From assembly GCA_964016885.1 (NCBI GenBank), contig OZ024740.1, positions 48,546,001 through 48,610,000 of the forward strand: a stretch of DNA of 64,000 nt, written 5' to 3'. Shown here piece after piece: positions 1-12,057 of this stretch. The stretch's first letter is position 1. Every line of letters begins with the position of its first letter. A program made the position numbers and the translations under genes. Origin of the DNA: Eledone cirrhosa. Lineage: Eukaryota. The notes beneath the pieces were generated by a model that saw only the letters and a list, made by a program, of their open reading frames with translations, had not been told where the DNA came from and did not search any database.

Positions 1-760
1 AGAACTGTATTTTGGGGTGTTACTTTTTTTTACCGCTGGATAGCTGTAAAAGAAAAACAACAGCTAAAATACAGTTCTGTTTGAGCCAGGTACCATGTGT
101 ACAGTGTGGAACTGAGTAGCACCGTTACGAGACAGGTCTGACCAGTTGGACATCCTGCTTATAGCGGAACCGTATTTTGGGAGCTGGGTGGTCCCATTAT
201 GAGGAAGGTCAGGGTAGTTGGCTGCACTGTATCTTGCTCACTGCAGGACAATGTTTTAGCTGGAATTTTTAACGGTTGCTGGATGCCCTTCCTAACACCA
301 CCACGTTTATTGTATGAGGCTGGGTGGTCCCTCTTTATGAGGCAGGTCTGGCCAGTTGGCCGCACAGTACTTTGCTTATAACGGGACCTTGCTCATTACG
401 GCTGCTGGATACACCTCCTAACACCAACCACGTTTACAGTGTGGAAATGTGTGGCACCGTTATAAGACAAGTCTGATCAGTTGCCCGTGACATACCCTGT
501 TTATAGCGGAACGAGAATTGGGCGGTCCTCTTATGAGGTAAGTCACTCCAGTTAGCTGCACCGTAACTTGTTCATAATGGGACCGTGTTTAGGCCGGGTT
601 TTTACAGCTGCTGGATATCCTTCCTAACATCAACCACGTTTACAGTGTGGAACTGGATGATACTGTTATGGGGTAAGTCTGGCCAGTTGGTCATACCGTA
701 CCTTGTTCATATTAGGACCATGATTTTTGTTGCGTACCCTTCCTAAGCAACACACCCCGC
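1..760. repeat. Degenerate tandem array of 120-220 bp units built from a SINE/RTE-tail motif
   Basis: Recurring gctggat(g/a)c..cctaacacca(a)ccacgttta (~278, ~403, ~609) and gtctg(g/a)ccagttgg. The same motif occurs in SINE-like tails near 6810-6855 (opposite strand) and 13411-13450. Confidence 0.55.
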
Positions 761-1089
761 TCATTGTTTGGGCTGGGCTTGGTTTATATACATATACAAA
801 ATATATATAACATATATACATGTATATAACACATGTAGTACATAATATTCTGATTTTACTGTGGATTTACCCATGCGAAATATTACATAAACTCACAGCC
901 TTAAATTTTGTACTTCTAACGTTTATATTTTCCTTCTCTTTGCATGTTCATTGCTCTTTCTCTTCCACTGTATTTACCTGCCTCTCACATGACCACACTC
1001 CTTTCCACGCACTCATAATCTTCTCCCTCCTTCTCCACTTTCTATCCCTCTCTCTGCTCACCCCTTACTTCGTCCTCGCGCATAGCCCA

Positions 1090-4000
1090 CCTATGTCTTC
1101 GTTCAAAACATTGGTGGTCCGATGTTTCGATCGAACTACCACCAGTGATTGCCGATTGATAAAGTTGCTTCCACTTTAACCTAGTCCACTCGAGGTGGCG
1201 GTGGCATGTGTCGAACGACCAAGAGACCTGCTTGGTGGAACGACTATGTGACAACCGGTCAGCCTTCGACCTCTCATTCTCCACCAACTTCGGCACGCAC
1301 GAGAGGAGCTAACTTGTCCTCACCTCCCCCCTCCCCCCTTCACCGCAGATTCCGAGTGAATTCAACCCGGCCAACCCCACCACCCCTACAACTGTTATCC
1401 CACCACCCAACCTCCGCTCTAGTCCCACCGTTAGAACCACTGCTGCCTCCTTTATTGACTCACTCACTCCACCGAATTCCAACGCTGGCCCTCTACTGCC
1501 GGCTGTTGCCAGCCCACCACCTGATTGCGCTCTCTGTGCCCGCACTAGCCGGTACTTAAAGACAATTAAATGTCACCTATGCCACGCAAGCTACCACAGA
1601 AGCTGTGTCGGCATCACCAAAGCTCAAGCCGAAAGGCTTCAATACTGGACCTGTAATCGGTGCCACTTCAACTCCGACGTATTCCGTGGGAATGCCCCAC
1701 GCTTCGATGACCAACTCTCTACCGAGGACTTTACCACAGCCCTCCAGGGTTTCTCCAAATCTAAGCTCGTTAACCGGATCCCTAAGGGAGCTCGGAATAG
1801 CTTTGCACGTGCTCTCTCTAATTTATTGAAAAACCTTTGCTCGTCCAACAATAGGTCTGACTGGCAGAAATCGTTTTTGTTTTCCCCTTCACGTGCACAA
1901 TGCTAATTCGGGTTCCCTCACGTCCTCTCTCAAGCGGCAGTTCCATCTGTTTGAGTCCACCCAACCACGTCTCATCTCAGTTCGACATCGAGCTCGGTGT
2001 ACCCCAACAGACAACCGGTAGACCTCAAGCGAGCGGTCAATGCCAAATTCAGCGAATTTGACATTAAAGGGGCTGTCCGTCTCCTCTCTTCTCTGTCCCC
2101 CCCTTGCTCCGTGCAACTCTGATTCTCTTGAGCGACTGAAAGAGAAGCACCCATCGGCACCCTCAGATGATCAGATACACTGGCCCGAACCACCAGAATA
2201 CTCGAGACCGGTTTACACCACCGATATCATCAGAAAGGCGATTTCATCCTTCCCCGCTGGGTCAGGCGTGGGAATTGACGGCCTCCGTCCTTAACACCTC
2301 AAGGATGGTATCTCCTTATCGGCCGGTGACGCCGGACTCAAGCTCTTAGAGAGTCTGACTCAGTTTGTGAATCAGTTCTCTTCACTGAATGTTCTCCCGT
2401 TCATCCGCCCACTGTTCTTCGGTGCGAAGCTATTTCGTCTCACTAAGCCCAACGGGGACCTGCGCCCCATTGCGGTTGGCTGCACCCTTCGCCGCCTCAC
2501 TGCAAAGGCGTGTTTGCTGTTGGTCTCCGACTCACTGGCGGAGGAATTCTCCCCCATCCAGCTGGGGGTGGATACCAAGTTGGGAGGTGAGGCTGCTGTC
2601 CACGCTACCAGAACATTTACCAACTTGCCCTCCTCATACCCCAAGGTCATCCTCAAACTTGAGCTCGGGAACGCCTTTAACTCCGTCAGCCGCGATGTCG
2701 TCCTCGGCTCAGTAAGAGAGAGGGTCCCACAACTCTACCACTTTACTTGGCAGGCTTATCGGGAGCCCTCCTACCTCTCTTTCGGTAACCAAAATCATCA
2801 CCTCTGCCTCAGGAGTCCAACAGGGTGACCCACTCGGGCCCGCTCTGTTTGCACTGGGTATTGATTACATCACCAAGATGGAGGTTGAGTTGGACCTCAA
2901 TGTCTGGTACCTCGACAACGCCTGTTTGAGGGGAACTCCGGATATGGTTCTCGCCACTGCCAACAAGATGGTTGAGTGGCTTGGCCGCCGGGGTCTCCAG
3001 GTCAATAGATCCAAATGTGAGCTCTGGATCCTCAACCACCCGGCTTCTCAACACCAACAGCTGATCGACCTGTTCGCAGAGTCCTTCCCTTCCATCGCGC
3101 TCCCTCCCCCGTCGGCTTGGTGCTCCTTAGGAGCCCCAATCACAGACTTGCCTTCGAGTCAATCTTCCAATCGAAGATGGTTGGCCTTGAGCAGCTACTG
3201 AAGAATATTGAGGTTATCGAACCCCATCAAGGTTTCTTCATACTCAGGAACTACCTGTCTATTCCTAAGCTTCTGTATCTACTCAGGGTCAGCCCCTCTC
3301 ACAGATTTCCGTCCTGCCTCCAACGCTTCGACGACCTAATCTTCGAGAGACTCGAGTGCTTGGTCAATGTTAGACTCTCTCCGGAGTCCGCGATCAGGCT
3401 GCGTTGCCCAAGCGATTTGGGGGTCTTGGTCTTCGTAAGTGTTCGTCCCTCTCTCTCCCCTGCTCCCTTTCCTCCACCCACGCTTGTTCCACCCTGGTGA
3501 GCAGCATCCTCTCCTCTCCAATATGGACTAGTTCCAACAGGGAGTTGGGTGAAGCTCTCCAGCAATGGAGTGGGTTGGGCTTGTCTCTTCCTGAGAAGGT
3601 GGAGGACAGTCGAAGTCAGAGAACTTGGGACAGCATAAGTTCGAAGGCCACCTTCGACTCCCTCTTCGTCCAGTCAGATCAGTTTGCAAGGTGCCGCTAA
3701 CTATCTGCCAGCGTCAAATACTCAGGTGACTGGGTTGATGCCCTACCCATGGCGAATGTCGGTGGTCTACTCAGCCTGGACGAACTTCGTGTCTCCATCT
3801 CCCTCAGAGTGGGAGCTGACGTCTGCGTGGGTTTGAGGTGGCGATGCGGCAAACTCCTCGACTCTACAGGCCTCCACGGTCTTTCTTGCCGTCTGAATGA
3901 CGGCCGCTTCGCACGTTACACGGAGCTAAACCTCATCCTCAGGAGAGCTTTGGCCCGGGCGAATATCCCCTGTATTGGAACCATCTGGGTTGTCCAGAAG

Positions 4001-4470
4001 TGACGGCAAAAGACCTGACGGCCTTACCTTGTGCCCCTGGTCGAGAGGCAGGTGCCTTGTCTGGGACGTTACTGTTAGTGACTCTTTTGCTCTCTCCCAC
4101 ATCCTGGATGCTGCGGTTAGGACGAGAGCCACAGCTTCCTCAGCCGAACGAAGTAAGACCCTCAAATACTCTAATCTGTCGGCCAGCTACATTTTTCGGC
4201 CTGTGGCTTTCGAGACGTTTGGGGAAGTCGGGCCGCTGACTGCGAGGTTCCTTTCCTCACTGGCGGCTCGCCTAATAGAGGTAACTGGCGAATCTCGCGA
4301 GAGCACTTGGTTGTTCCAGCGCATTAGCCTCGTCATCACCCGAGGCAACGCTGCGAGTGTGCTGGCTTGCCTCAAAAGTCATTAGAGGTCACCCAGTACC
4401 CCTCGCTGCTGTCTTTTGCTCTGGTGTTGGCTTCGTTGTTCACCCCTTCCTTTACATTTTCTTTACTGTT
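1090..4470 (+). mobile_element. CRE-clade non-LTR retrotransposon, near full-length but frameshifted (PHD finger, RT, Zn knuckle, restriction-like endonuclease)
   Basis: RT motifs LRPIAVGCTLRRLTAK, QLGV..GGEAAVHA, NAFNSVSR, GVQQGDPLGP, WYLDN; then GGLGLR, CG..D..GLHGLSC and RLE RPDGLT..PW..GR.LVWDVT...[10 protein letters not shown]. Split over several ORFs (2040-4385). Confidence 0.92.
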
Positions 4471-4640
4471 TTAAACTAGGATCTTTTTTTTTTAGTACTG
4501 TTTGGTATTCCTTCTTAAGTTTCCACACAGTTTTTTCCCCTCTCTTCTTTTATTTTAACATTGCCTTTCTCCCTTCCCTTCCCCTAAACCTTTTCCTGAC
4601 TTTCGTTATTTAATTTTTTTCCTTATTTCTTTTTCTGTAG

Positions 4641-5630
4641 AATCAGACAAACAGAAATGGTATTACATCGGAGCGACTGGGAATACATTTAAAGCCCGTT
4701 GGTATACACACCGTTACGCAATGAAACATTCCCAACATCGTTATGTAACTACCCTTGCAAACAAGACCTGGCAATTGAGGGAAAGTAACCACCAATACAC
4801 CCTGAAGTGGAAAAAATTATCGAACGCGCTCCCATATCGGAGTGGTATGAGAAGCTGTCGATTATGTGACCTTGAGCTGTTCCACATTTTGAGTTCGAAG
4901 AATAAGTTACTCAACAATAAAATCGAAAGATCAATTTATTGTAACCATAGACTCAAAGAAAAGTTTTCGCATTACAAGTGCAAATCGAACCCTTAACCTC
5001 TTACTACCACCTGACAAACTGCATATACTTAGACTTTCTATCCTCTTATTGTATCTAACCCCTTTAATTACCCGCAAAAACCAATACCCCTCCCTTCTCC
5101 TTCATTCCTTTTCTCTTTCTTTTCGTTTTCTTCCTTTCTTCTCTCCGCTTTTTGGCTATCTTTTCTCTTCTTCTTTCTCCCTCCCTTCTTTATTTTTATT
5201 TTTATTTTTTTATATATATATTTATCTCTCTATATCTCCCCCTCCCTCTCTCTCTCCGTCTACGTATCAAAACTGATCAAGGAATCCTTCCACCTCTACC
5301 CCTCCCTCCATCTCAGTTTGTCACTCTACTTCCTAACTCTTCTCCCCTCTTCCTCTCTCTCTATACTATTCCGTGCCCCCCCCCCACTTTCTAATTCCTC
5401 TTCCCCTCTCTCTCTATACTAGTAAATACAATTCCAAAAAAATGCTTTTCTTTATATATTAAGAACTTTTTTAAGAGTAACTTACTCACTATTTTGAAAA
5501 TTTGGACGTGAACAACAATTATCATTGAGTGGCTGCTATTTGCAGTATAGCAATATAAGGTTGCACTTACCAATGAAACGGTCGTAAATACCTGGATAAA
5601 ATCCTTTTCTTAATGCTTACCTGTGTTTTT
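4641..5630 (+). mobile_element. Penelope-like element 3' fragment: GIY-YIG endonuclease C-terminal part plus pyrimidine-rich tail
   Basis: In frame upstream of ORF 4721-4996: YYIGATGNTFKARWYTHRY, then CRLCDLE...LLN..E...CNHR. Tail ends at (TA)n. Confidence 0.8.
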
Positions 5631-5662
5631 TCTTTTATATATATCTATATATATATATATAT

Positions 5663-5840
5663 AACGGAGGAAATGTGGTAAGGAACCAGGTGGACCATAA
5701 CGCACCAAAGTACTCAATACTTAGGGTAGTAGAGTGGGTAATAGGAACGAGTAGGACCCCGACGGCTGAGCTCAAGCCTTTTCGACGGCTAATTCTGGAC
5801 TAATTAGTCCAGAATTGCTCTGATCAGAGCAAACATCACG
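5663..5840 (-). mobile_element. (TA)n-embedded mini-element with a partial/degenerate hammerhead (same family as 57211-57410)
   Basis: About 140 bp nearly identical to 57211-57348. Minus strand reads GAAA-aGGCT-tgagctc-AGCCG-TC-ggggtcc, with palindromes at 5790-5832. Confidence 0.65.
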
Positions 5841-6003
5841 GACGCTCTATCTCAAAATTATTTTTGAAAAGCATTAGAAATGCGCAACCGGTAAAACTTA
5901 AAACCAAAACTGAATACTAACCAATACTATTACTAATTCTCACTTATTCCTAATTAAACTATTTTTCACTGTGAACAATTTGTCAGCATTTTCTTTTCCG
6001 TTT

Positions 6004-6071
<68 letters not shown>

Positions 6072-6212
6072 CCAAATGTTAAACAAGGTTCATTGATTAT
6101 TCAATGAATATAGTTTTAAAATAGATTAAAAGCACTCAACAAAGAAGTTTTCTGGAGTTATTAATATTATTCAAAATATTAATAAATGGATACATTCACA
6201 TAATCAAAATAT

Positions 6213-6282
6213 ATGTTTTATTATATATATTTCGGAGGTACTGTGGTGTTTTTTCAGTACGTCCTCATCAGATAAAATACAT
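6213..6282 (-). ncRNA. Type I hammerhead ribozyme motif with intact core
   Basis: Minus strand: UUUUAU-CUGAUGA-GGA c GUACUG(loop)CAGUAC c UCC-GAAA-UAUAUA-UA|AUAAAA. Stems I and II pair; stem III is short and palindromic. Confidence 0.85.
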
Positions 6283-6377
6283 AAATTGATGTATGACATA
6301 CCTCAACTGTGCTGCTGGTTCAATTCCAGTCTCTGCTAAGTTTGATTATGTGAATGTATCCATTTATTAATATTTTG

Positions 6378-6433
<56 letters not shown>

Positions 6434-6670
6434 ATAGAAAACGAAAAATCAGTGATGCATCTGCTACACTTCAATAAATTACTGCTGTGTTTGGTTGTTC
6501 ACACATCCACGCGCGCGCACGCACACACAAGCACAGAGATAATGACAGTCGTACGCATAGTCGCTCGTTATACACACACATTTAAGGAGAACATAAATAT
6601 ACACATACATGCATCCAGAGAGGCACGTACACACACAGACACATACCCACATGCCTATATACATCAACAT

Positions 6671-6701
<31 letters not shown>

Positions 6702-6784
6702 AAAGAAGGGAAAAGAAGAAAAAAAGGAAAGACAGAGAAAAAGAAGGAAGAGAAAAAAAACACAGTCCACGCTGTAATATGGTC

Positions 6785-6997
6785 GTGTAGGTAACACGAT
6801 AAAAGCTCCCAGTCCACACTGTAAATGTGGTTGGTGTGAGGAAGGGCATCCAACCGTAGAAATTCTGTCAGATAGTCCTATACGAGCAAGACACGGTCAC
6901 CCAACCAATCTTACCTCAAATGGGATAATTCCCATCTAACCCATGCTAGCGTGGAAGATAGACATTAAACGATGATGATGATGATGATGATGATGAT
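6785..6997 (+). mobile_element. SINE/RTE-type 3' tail ending in (GAT)n
   Basis: ggttggtgtgaggaagggcatccaaccgtagaaa...cccatgctagcgtggaa..gacattaaacgatgatgat. Confidence 0.6.
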
Positions 6998-7807
6998 ATA
7001 TACACACACACACATATATAGTTCGAGATAAAAGGAAGACACACAAAAACATACACTCACATCAGAATTATTTAATTTCAAATCAAATTTTTGCATATGG
7101 ATAAATGTAGAGTAGGTCGAATGGTGGTGTTGATAGTTGGTTGTGTTGTGGTGTTGATTCATTTGTTGTGTGTGTGCTCACTTGTAGATTGCTAAGTTAT
7201 GTGATCGCTGTTGACAATGTGACCAGAGATTGCGTGTGTGCAAGTAAGTAAGTGTTCATTAAGATGATGATATAACCGTTCCTTGATCATGCAGGAAATA
7301 TGAAATATATTAAAAAACAACCCACGATAACACAAAGTCGCTATGTTACTAATTTATTGAATATAGTTTACGCCAAAATTATATGAAAAATACACTAAGA
7401 GCAAATAAACTCAGATGAATTGTGTGACGTAATCAAGATGTGTATGCGTTTTTTGTTTGTTTGTGAAAAGTTTTATTAAAATTGTATTTACCAATACTTC
7501 ATTGATCTGTTGAACTTCACTGGCTTGATTGAAAGAGAGACCAAGAGAGAGAGAGTGAGTGAAAGAGAGAGAGAGAGTAAGTAAGACCCAAAGGATCTAT
7601 TCTGTGTAAAGCAATAGCCTATATGTTTACTCTTCAAAGATTCCAAATTGACTGACCAAAAAGAACCTATTTTGCTTTCACCTTAAAATGACCTGCCACT
7701 CCAGACAAGTTGGCATTAACTCAGATAACAGAGAAATGACAATTAGATGTCCCCTGGGGGCCAGTCCATGAAGAGATTTCACTACAAATGTATGTATAAA
7801 TAGTCTA

Positions 7808-7920
7808 TCAAATCCCGCCGAGGTTAACTTTGCCTTTCATCCTTACGGGGTCGATAAAATAAAGTACCAGTAATGTACTGAATAATTGCTGGCCTTGTGC
7901 CAAAAGTAAAAACAATTATT
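7808..7920 (+). mobile_element. tRNA-derived SINE, 5'-truncated
   Basis: Core ttaactttgcctttcatccttacggggtcgataaaataaagtaccag, repeated more than 10 times in the window. Confidence 0.85.
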
Positions 7921-8240
7921 AATGGGTGAATGTGGCGAGAGTGGCCCGTGTGAATGGGCCTGCTCTGCTGAGCATGCACCTGTATGCTGGCTAAACTGAG
8001 GAGTAGAGGGGTGCCCTTCCTGGGTTCCCTCGAAGCGTCGGGTGGTTCAGGATTGGTGGGGTACCTGAGTCGCACCTGGGTAGTTATCCCCCCTATTGGG
8101 GAACTCGGTTGTTTACATTATTATTGTTATTTTGTTATTGTTATTTATATTTTTTACACATTATATATGTAAATCCCCACTGTCCCTGTCTATTGTATTG
8201 TCCCCTACATGTAGGCCATTGTGGCCAATAAAGAAATAAT
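7921..8240 (+). mobile_element. Probable L1/Tx1-clade LINE 3' end
   Basis: Terminal peptide WVNVARVARVNG resembles L1/Tx1 ORF2 ends; 3' UTR ends in AATAAAgaaataat. Confidence 0.45.
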
Positions 8241-8243
8241 ACT

Positions 8244-8410
8244 CGGGTGGTGGATTGGCCGTATCGATAGAGCGTCAGACATGCTTTGCAGCATAGAGTT
8301 ATGGCCCTTTATTTTATGGGTTCAAATTCCACCGAGGTTAACTTTGCCTTTCATCCTTACGGGGTCGATAAAATAAAGTACCAGTAGCGTACTGGGGTCG
8401 ATTTAATAGA
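8244..8410 (+). mobile_element. tRNA-derived SINE
   Basis: A-box-like ggtggattggccgtatcg, B-box ggttcaaattcc, conserved core. Confidence 0.85.
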
Positions 8411-10094
8411 CTTTCCGCGTCACCCAAATTACTAGTAATATCATCATCATCATCATCATCATCATTTTACGTCTGCTTTTCCCTGCATATATATATGGTC
8501 TTGTAACTTCTGATATATATGTGTGTGCGTGTGTTAGGAAAAGAGCAGTGTATTGACAGTATCGGTAAAGCGTCAGACAACATGCTTTGAGACATTTAGC
8601 TATGGCTGGAATCAAAGGCTTTCCAATTGTGATCATTTATTTTTTTTCCTATGTCAGAGACTACATTATGTACTTTTCCATATTTAAGATGGTAGGGAAT
8701 GATTTCAGGGATATTTGGCTACTATTTCTACAACTGTGTAAAGACTCCCTCTCTGCTACTATTTATTTGTGAGTACCCTTTGTGTTTATCAGGGTCAAAT
8801 AGGAGGGATAATGTTCTTAGGATAGTGTTGTAATTATATTTCGAGACATTGTAGACATATCTGGATGACTGAAGTGCAGGGACTGTGAGAATTGAATTGT
8901 CCAGGTGTTCTTTTATTTCAAGTATTTTGTTTCTCTGTATAGTTAGTGTTCTGTACACTGGCGGTGTGACATGTGATGGTGTAATGTGTGTTCTTTGTAG
9001 TTTGTCATGATTTGTTGCAGAGTGGGATATTAAAGGAGCAGATATAATGACTCTAATAATGCATTAAAGAATTTATGGCAATAGTTTTCGCTAAAGGTTG
9101 TTGTTACTGTTTAGCTCTAGGCCAGCCCTGGTTGAGTAAGTCTATGATCATAGATGTTCTAGTTATGACCAGCTCATCTTTTTATATTTCAATGACTAGA
9201 TTGTACATAATATCCATTTTTGTTTATTTATTTAAGGCAGTGTGTTATGATTTAAGGGACATTTGGCTGTTATTTCTAGCAAGAATAACAACTATGTAGA
9301 GCTTCATTCATTGGCTCATAGGTGTCATATTGTAGTATCACAAGGATTTTAGAGTAATTCAGGTTTTACACCCAGAGTGTTATCATGACAATCTCAGCTT
9401 AATTAACTTATGGCTGAGATGCTAGCCCAGGGTTCTCAAACTCAAGGGCACAAAAGGGCCTTTATGTCCTGGGGAAAAGGTACAACAGACCAAAAGGTAG
9501 ATAAGGTGCGGGGTTCCACCAGTTATATTGCTAATCTACAATACAGCTGATAGGCCGTTTTTTAAATTTTTTTTATCAAAACGAATACACATATGATAGT
9601 AAGTGGGATATGTGAATTAGTATAAAATGTAGGGAGAAAACTTTCTGTTTCAAATGTTCTGCGGCAAATAACAGAAAAATAGTTTGCAGCTTGTAGGCTG
9701 TGTGTTTCTGACCTCTGCCCTAGGATTTCCAGTATTTCAAGCTTGCTCTGACACTTCAATCTTTCACCTCACTAAAGCAAAATAATTAACAGGCTCTTAG
9801 TTCCTGTAGGGTCCCTAGGCTTCAGCTTAGTCACCCTTATAAATAATATGGCCCTGATCACAAGAAGAAGCAAAAATCTGAAAGATAATATCTGCTTATA
9901 TAATTATTTGTAAGGTTATTGCAAAATAAGCAAAGTAAGATACTGATTTTAAAAAAGTAATGGAAGGGAGTGGTAAAAAAAGTTACTTTCATTAATATCT
10001 TTTATGTTACATTCTCTCTTTTGTTGTGTTATATCTAGGTATTCAGAGTGTGAAATGAATGCTCTAATAATTAAGTGAAATTATTAATAATTAT

Positions 10095-11018
10095 TATTGA
10101 ATGAATTGGATGTAGTGTGAAAGATCAGTCTGTACCGGTATTGATATGTGACACACATGGAAGAGGACAACAGTATAAAGAAGAAAGAAGTGCATAGAAA
10201 CCCCAGTGGATGAGACTAGGAGAAGAGGCAGGCCCAGGAAGACATGGGATGAGGTTGTGAAGACCAGCCTTAATAAACTAAACCCCACAACAGAAATGAC
10301 TAAAGGTCATGAGAGCTGGCACTATGCCATGCTGAGGAAGACCTGACCTGCAGTATACAATGTAGCCTGACCTACCCACGTGTTCCTTCTCTTCCACTAG
10401 TACTTACTGACAGCTTTTCTCAACATCACAACATCACTACACCATCCTCACCACACACATCATCATGCTCCCTTGTGAAGGGGTTGGTGATGGGAAAGGC
10501 ATCCAGCCGTTGGGGGTGGGGGGCTTGCCAAACAAATGGTTAGGAGGACCCTCCATGACAGTCTCCCTAGTGTTTGGTGATCAACATAATAAACACTCCT
10601 AGTACATGCTGTAAAATGATTGGTGATAGGAAAGGCATCCAGCCATAGAAAGCTTGCTAAACAAAGGGTCAGGCAGACCCTTCAGTTGTGTCAAGGCAGG
10701 ACAGCCTCCCTAGTGTTTGGTGACCTACACAATGAATGCACCTAGTACACACTCTAAAGTAGTTGATGATCGGAAGGGCATCCAGTTGTAGAAAGTTTGC
10801 CAAACAAAGGGCTGCGAGGACCTGCAGTTGTGTCAAAGGCATGACAACTACTTCTGTGCACTCAATCGAACTTGTGACCGTACATAAGAGAGACACAGAT
10901 CCCTGGTCTGTCTGGGAGATCTGTAGCTTCAATACTGACTTGGTCTATGTAAACCTGTCCAACCCTTGGTAGCAGGGAAAACAGACATCAAAACGCTGAT
11001 GATGATGATGATGATGAT
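10095..11018 (+). mobile_element. RTE LINE 3' remnant followed by a tandemly triplicated tail and (GAT)n
   Basis: RRGRPRKTWDEVV at ~10218-10260; three ~138-bp units (~10485, 10621, 10763); (GAT)n at ~10998-11018. Confidence 0.65.
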
Positions 11019-11384
11019 ATATATATATATTTATATATATCAAAATTATAGTAGGAAAAAATACAACCAAATTCTTGAAAAAGTGTTTATTTATTTATAA
11101 TTGTTTCAGAAGACAAAATCACAATTTAATCTATAAGATTGAAACCTATCAATATATGAATCAATAACTCCACAGGTTATTAAGAGCGAATCATGGTCTG
11201 ACCTCATCTTTGCTACTGACTTATAATTCTCACAAACTAATCTCTTCTCTCTCCTTCTCGATTGGATTGTACACATACATTTGATATATATATATATATA
11301 TATATATCCTTGATGTCTTCCAAAAGTAACGGATGCATTTTGAAAGGGTATGTCAATATTTATTTATAACACTGGTATATATTG

Positions 11385-11449
11385 TGTTTTGTCTGATGAA
11401 AGCATACCATAATTTAACATGGTATCCTTGAAATATGTATTATAAAATA
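11385..11449 (+). ncRNA. Type I hammerhead ribozyme motif with intact core
   Basis: UGUUUUGU-CUGAUGA-AAG c AUACCAU(loop)AUGGUAU c CUU-GAAA-UAUGUA-UU|AUAAAAUA, inside a ~270-bp element (11309-11580) flanked by (TA)n. Confidence 0.8.
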
Positions 11450-11576
11450 GATATGGTTTTATAAATATAGTTTCCATTTGTTAATATCGTATATTTACTC
11501 CAAATACTTGTCGAGTGCTTTATATCAGTTATAAAAATATTTCCTTGTTGTATCCCAACAATTTAAATAGAACTTT

Positions 11577-11611
<35 letters not shown>

Positions 11612-11653
11612 ACATTAAATGAAGATGATGATGATGATATATATATATATATA

Positions 11654-11855
11654 GTTAAAGAATGAAGAGTAACATGGTTGGCTTTACAATAAGGGGCTTT
11701 ATTTAAAGTACTGACAATTGTTTCGTTGATCAGGTGAGTCTAGAGTTCGCTAATCGCTTGTGGTTGCGTCATTCGATCTCCAATACATTATTTACCTCTG
11801 GTCAACACATCAGAGTTAAAGAATGAAGTAACATGGTTGGCTGTACAATAAGGGG

Positions 11856-11860
<5 letters not shown>
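11654..11860 (-). mobile_element. Retrozyme-like 161-bp unit with ~46-bp terminal direct repeat and a hammerhead motif
   Basis: Direct repeat 11654-11701 / 11815-11860. Minus strand: ACU-CUGAUGu-GUUGA...UCAAC-GAAA-CAAUUG-UC|AGU. (TA)n on both sides. Confidence 0.7.
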
Positions 11861-11891
<31 letters not shown>

Positions 11892-12019
11892 TCAAAACTT
11901 TAGTGATCCACAGAAGACAGCCGATGAGCGGGAATTGTCCTTCTGTTTGTGTCGTCTGTGTTTTCACCCACCTTTTTTTTTATATTTATTGATAACCACA
12001 CATTTATTGATAATCTCCT

Positions 12020-12055
<36 letters not shown>

Positions 12056-12057
<2 letters not shown>

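Noticed and set aside
7993-8042. ctgagga...gaggg/ccctc-gaag-cgtc HHR-like motif
   Set aside because: GAAG instead of GAAA and no stem I; lies in a probable L1/Tx1 3' UTR.
11905-11962. ccgatgag within a short hairpin
   Set aside because: No GAAA half of the hammerhead core.
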